From the NCBI GenBank assembly GCA_965287045.1, contig OZ336885.1, forward strand, positions 63,612,001 through 63,676,000: a stretch of 64,000 nucleotides of DNA. The letters are read 5' to 3'. A program made the position numbers and the translations under genes. Positions 63,701-64,000 of the stretch are shown piece after piece; position 1 is the stretch's first letter; every line of letters begins with the position of its first letter. The stretch is from Carcharhinus amblyrhynchos (taxonomy: Eukaryota). The notes under the pieces are model-generated. The model was not told where the DNA came from. It saw nothing but the letters and a program-made list of their open reading frames with translations, and did no database searches.

Positions 63701-64000
63701 TGTCGTTGACCTTCAGATCGCATTTACTAATTAGATGATGACTTGATTGCTGAATGAACAAGTTATCTCACTACATGTTTTCTGGTGTGTTGCATCCCAG
63801 ATCTTATGCTTGGTCAGTTCGTCCTTGTTGAAATACACGTAATCAGGAGCAAAGCAGAGCATAGCATAAATGGAGCATTTGAATCTGAACTTGGTGAGCA
63901 AATCGATGAAAAAGATGGAAAGAGGATGGTTACTAAATTACCTAAATAAAACACAATTCCTCCTTGCATCATTATGACATAAGGTATGGACAAAATTGGA

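Noticed and set aside
1-64000. CRISPR arrays, operons or other prokaryotic or viral systems
   Set aside because: No regularly spaced repeats, no gene-dense regions and no viral ORFs; the content is typical vertebrate repeat-rich non-coding DNA.

Overview
Eukaryotic, AT-rich and repeat-dense DNA. It is very probably from a cartilaginous fish (shark), inferred from HE1/V-SINE-like tRNA SINEs, HER1/CR1 LINEs ending in (TTCTTATG)n, and shark-type Penelope pseudo-LTR fragments. No recognisable host protein-coding gene is present, so the window looks intronic or intergenic. Nearly all informative ORFs in the track are retrotransposon remnants: CR1 of several ages, Rex1/Babar, RTE, a Penelope GIY-YIG fragment and a second jockey-group LINE, often nested inside one another. 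The most notable observations are: (1) a Penelope-derived palindrome carrying two inverted minimal hammerhead ribozymes, one with an intact core (38.6 kb); (2) a CR1 whose 3' UTR appears to have captured a promoter-dead V-SINE that was then amplified as LINE cargo (49.6-51.5 kb, second copy at 19.1 kb); (3) a ~370-bp local duplication in which one copy holds an exon-like 87-nt AG...GTGAGT unit and the other has lost both splice sites (42-43.6 kb); (4) a local inverted duplication of an already decayed CR1 segment (46.5-47.5 kb); (5) a small GC-box/CpG promoter-like patch (21 kb). Repeat boundaries were read by eye and are approximate. Family names come from recalled consensus motifs, not database searches. 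I see no firm evidence of a wholly new biological system.
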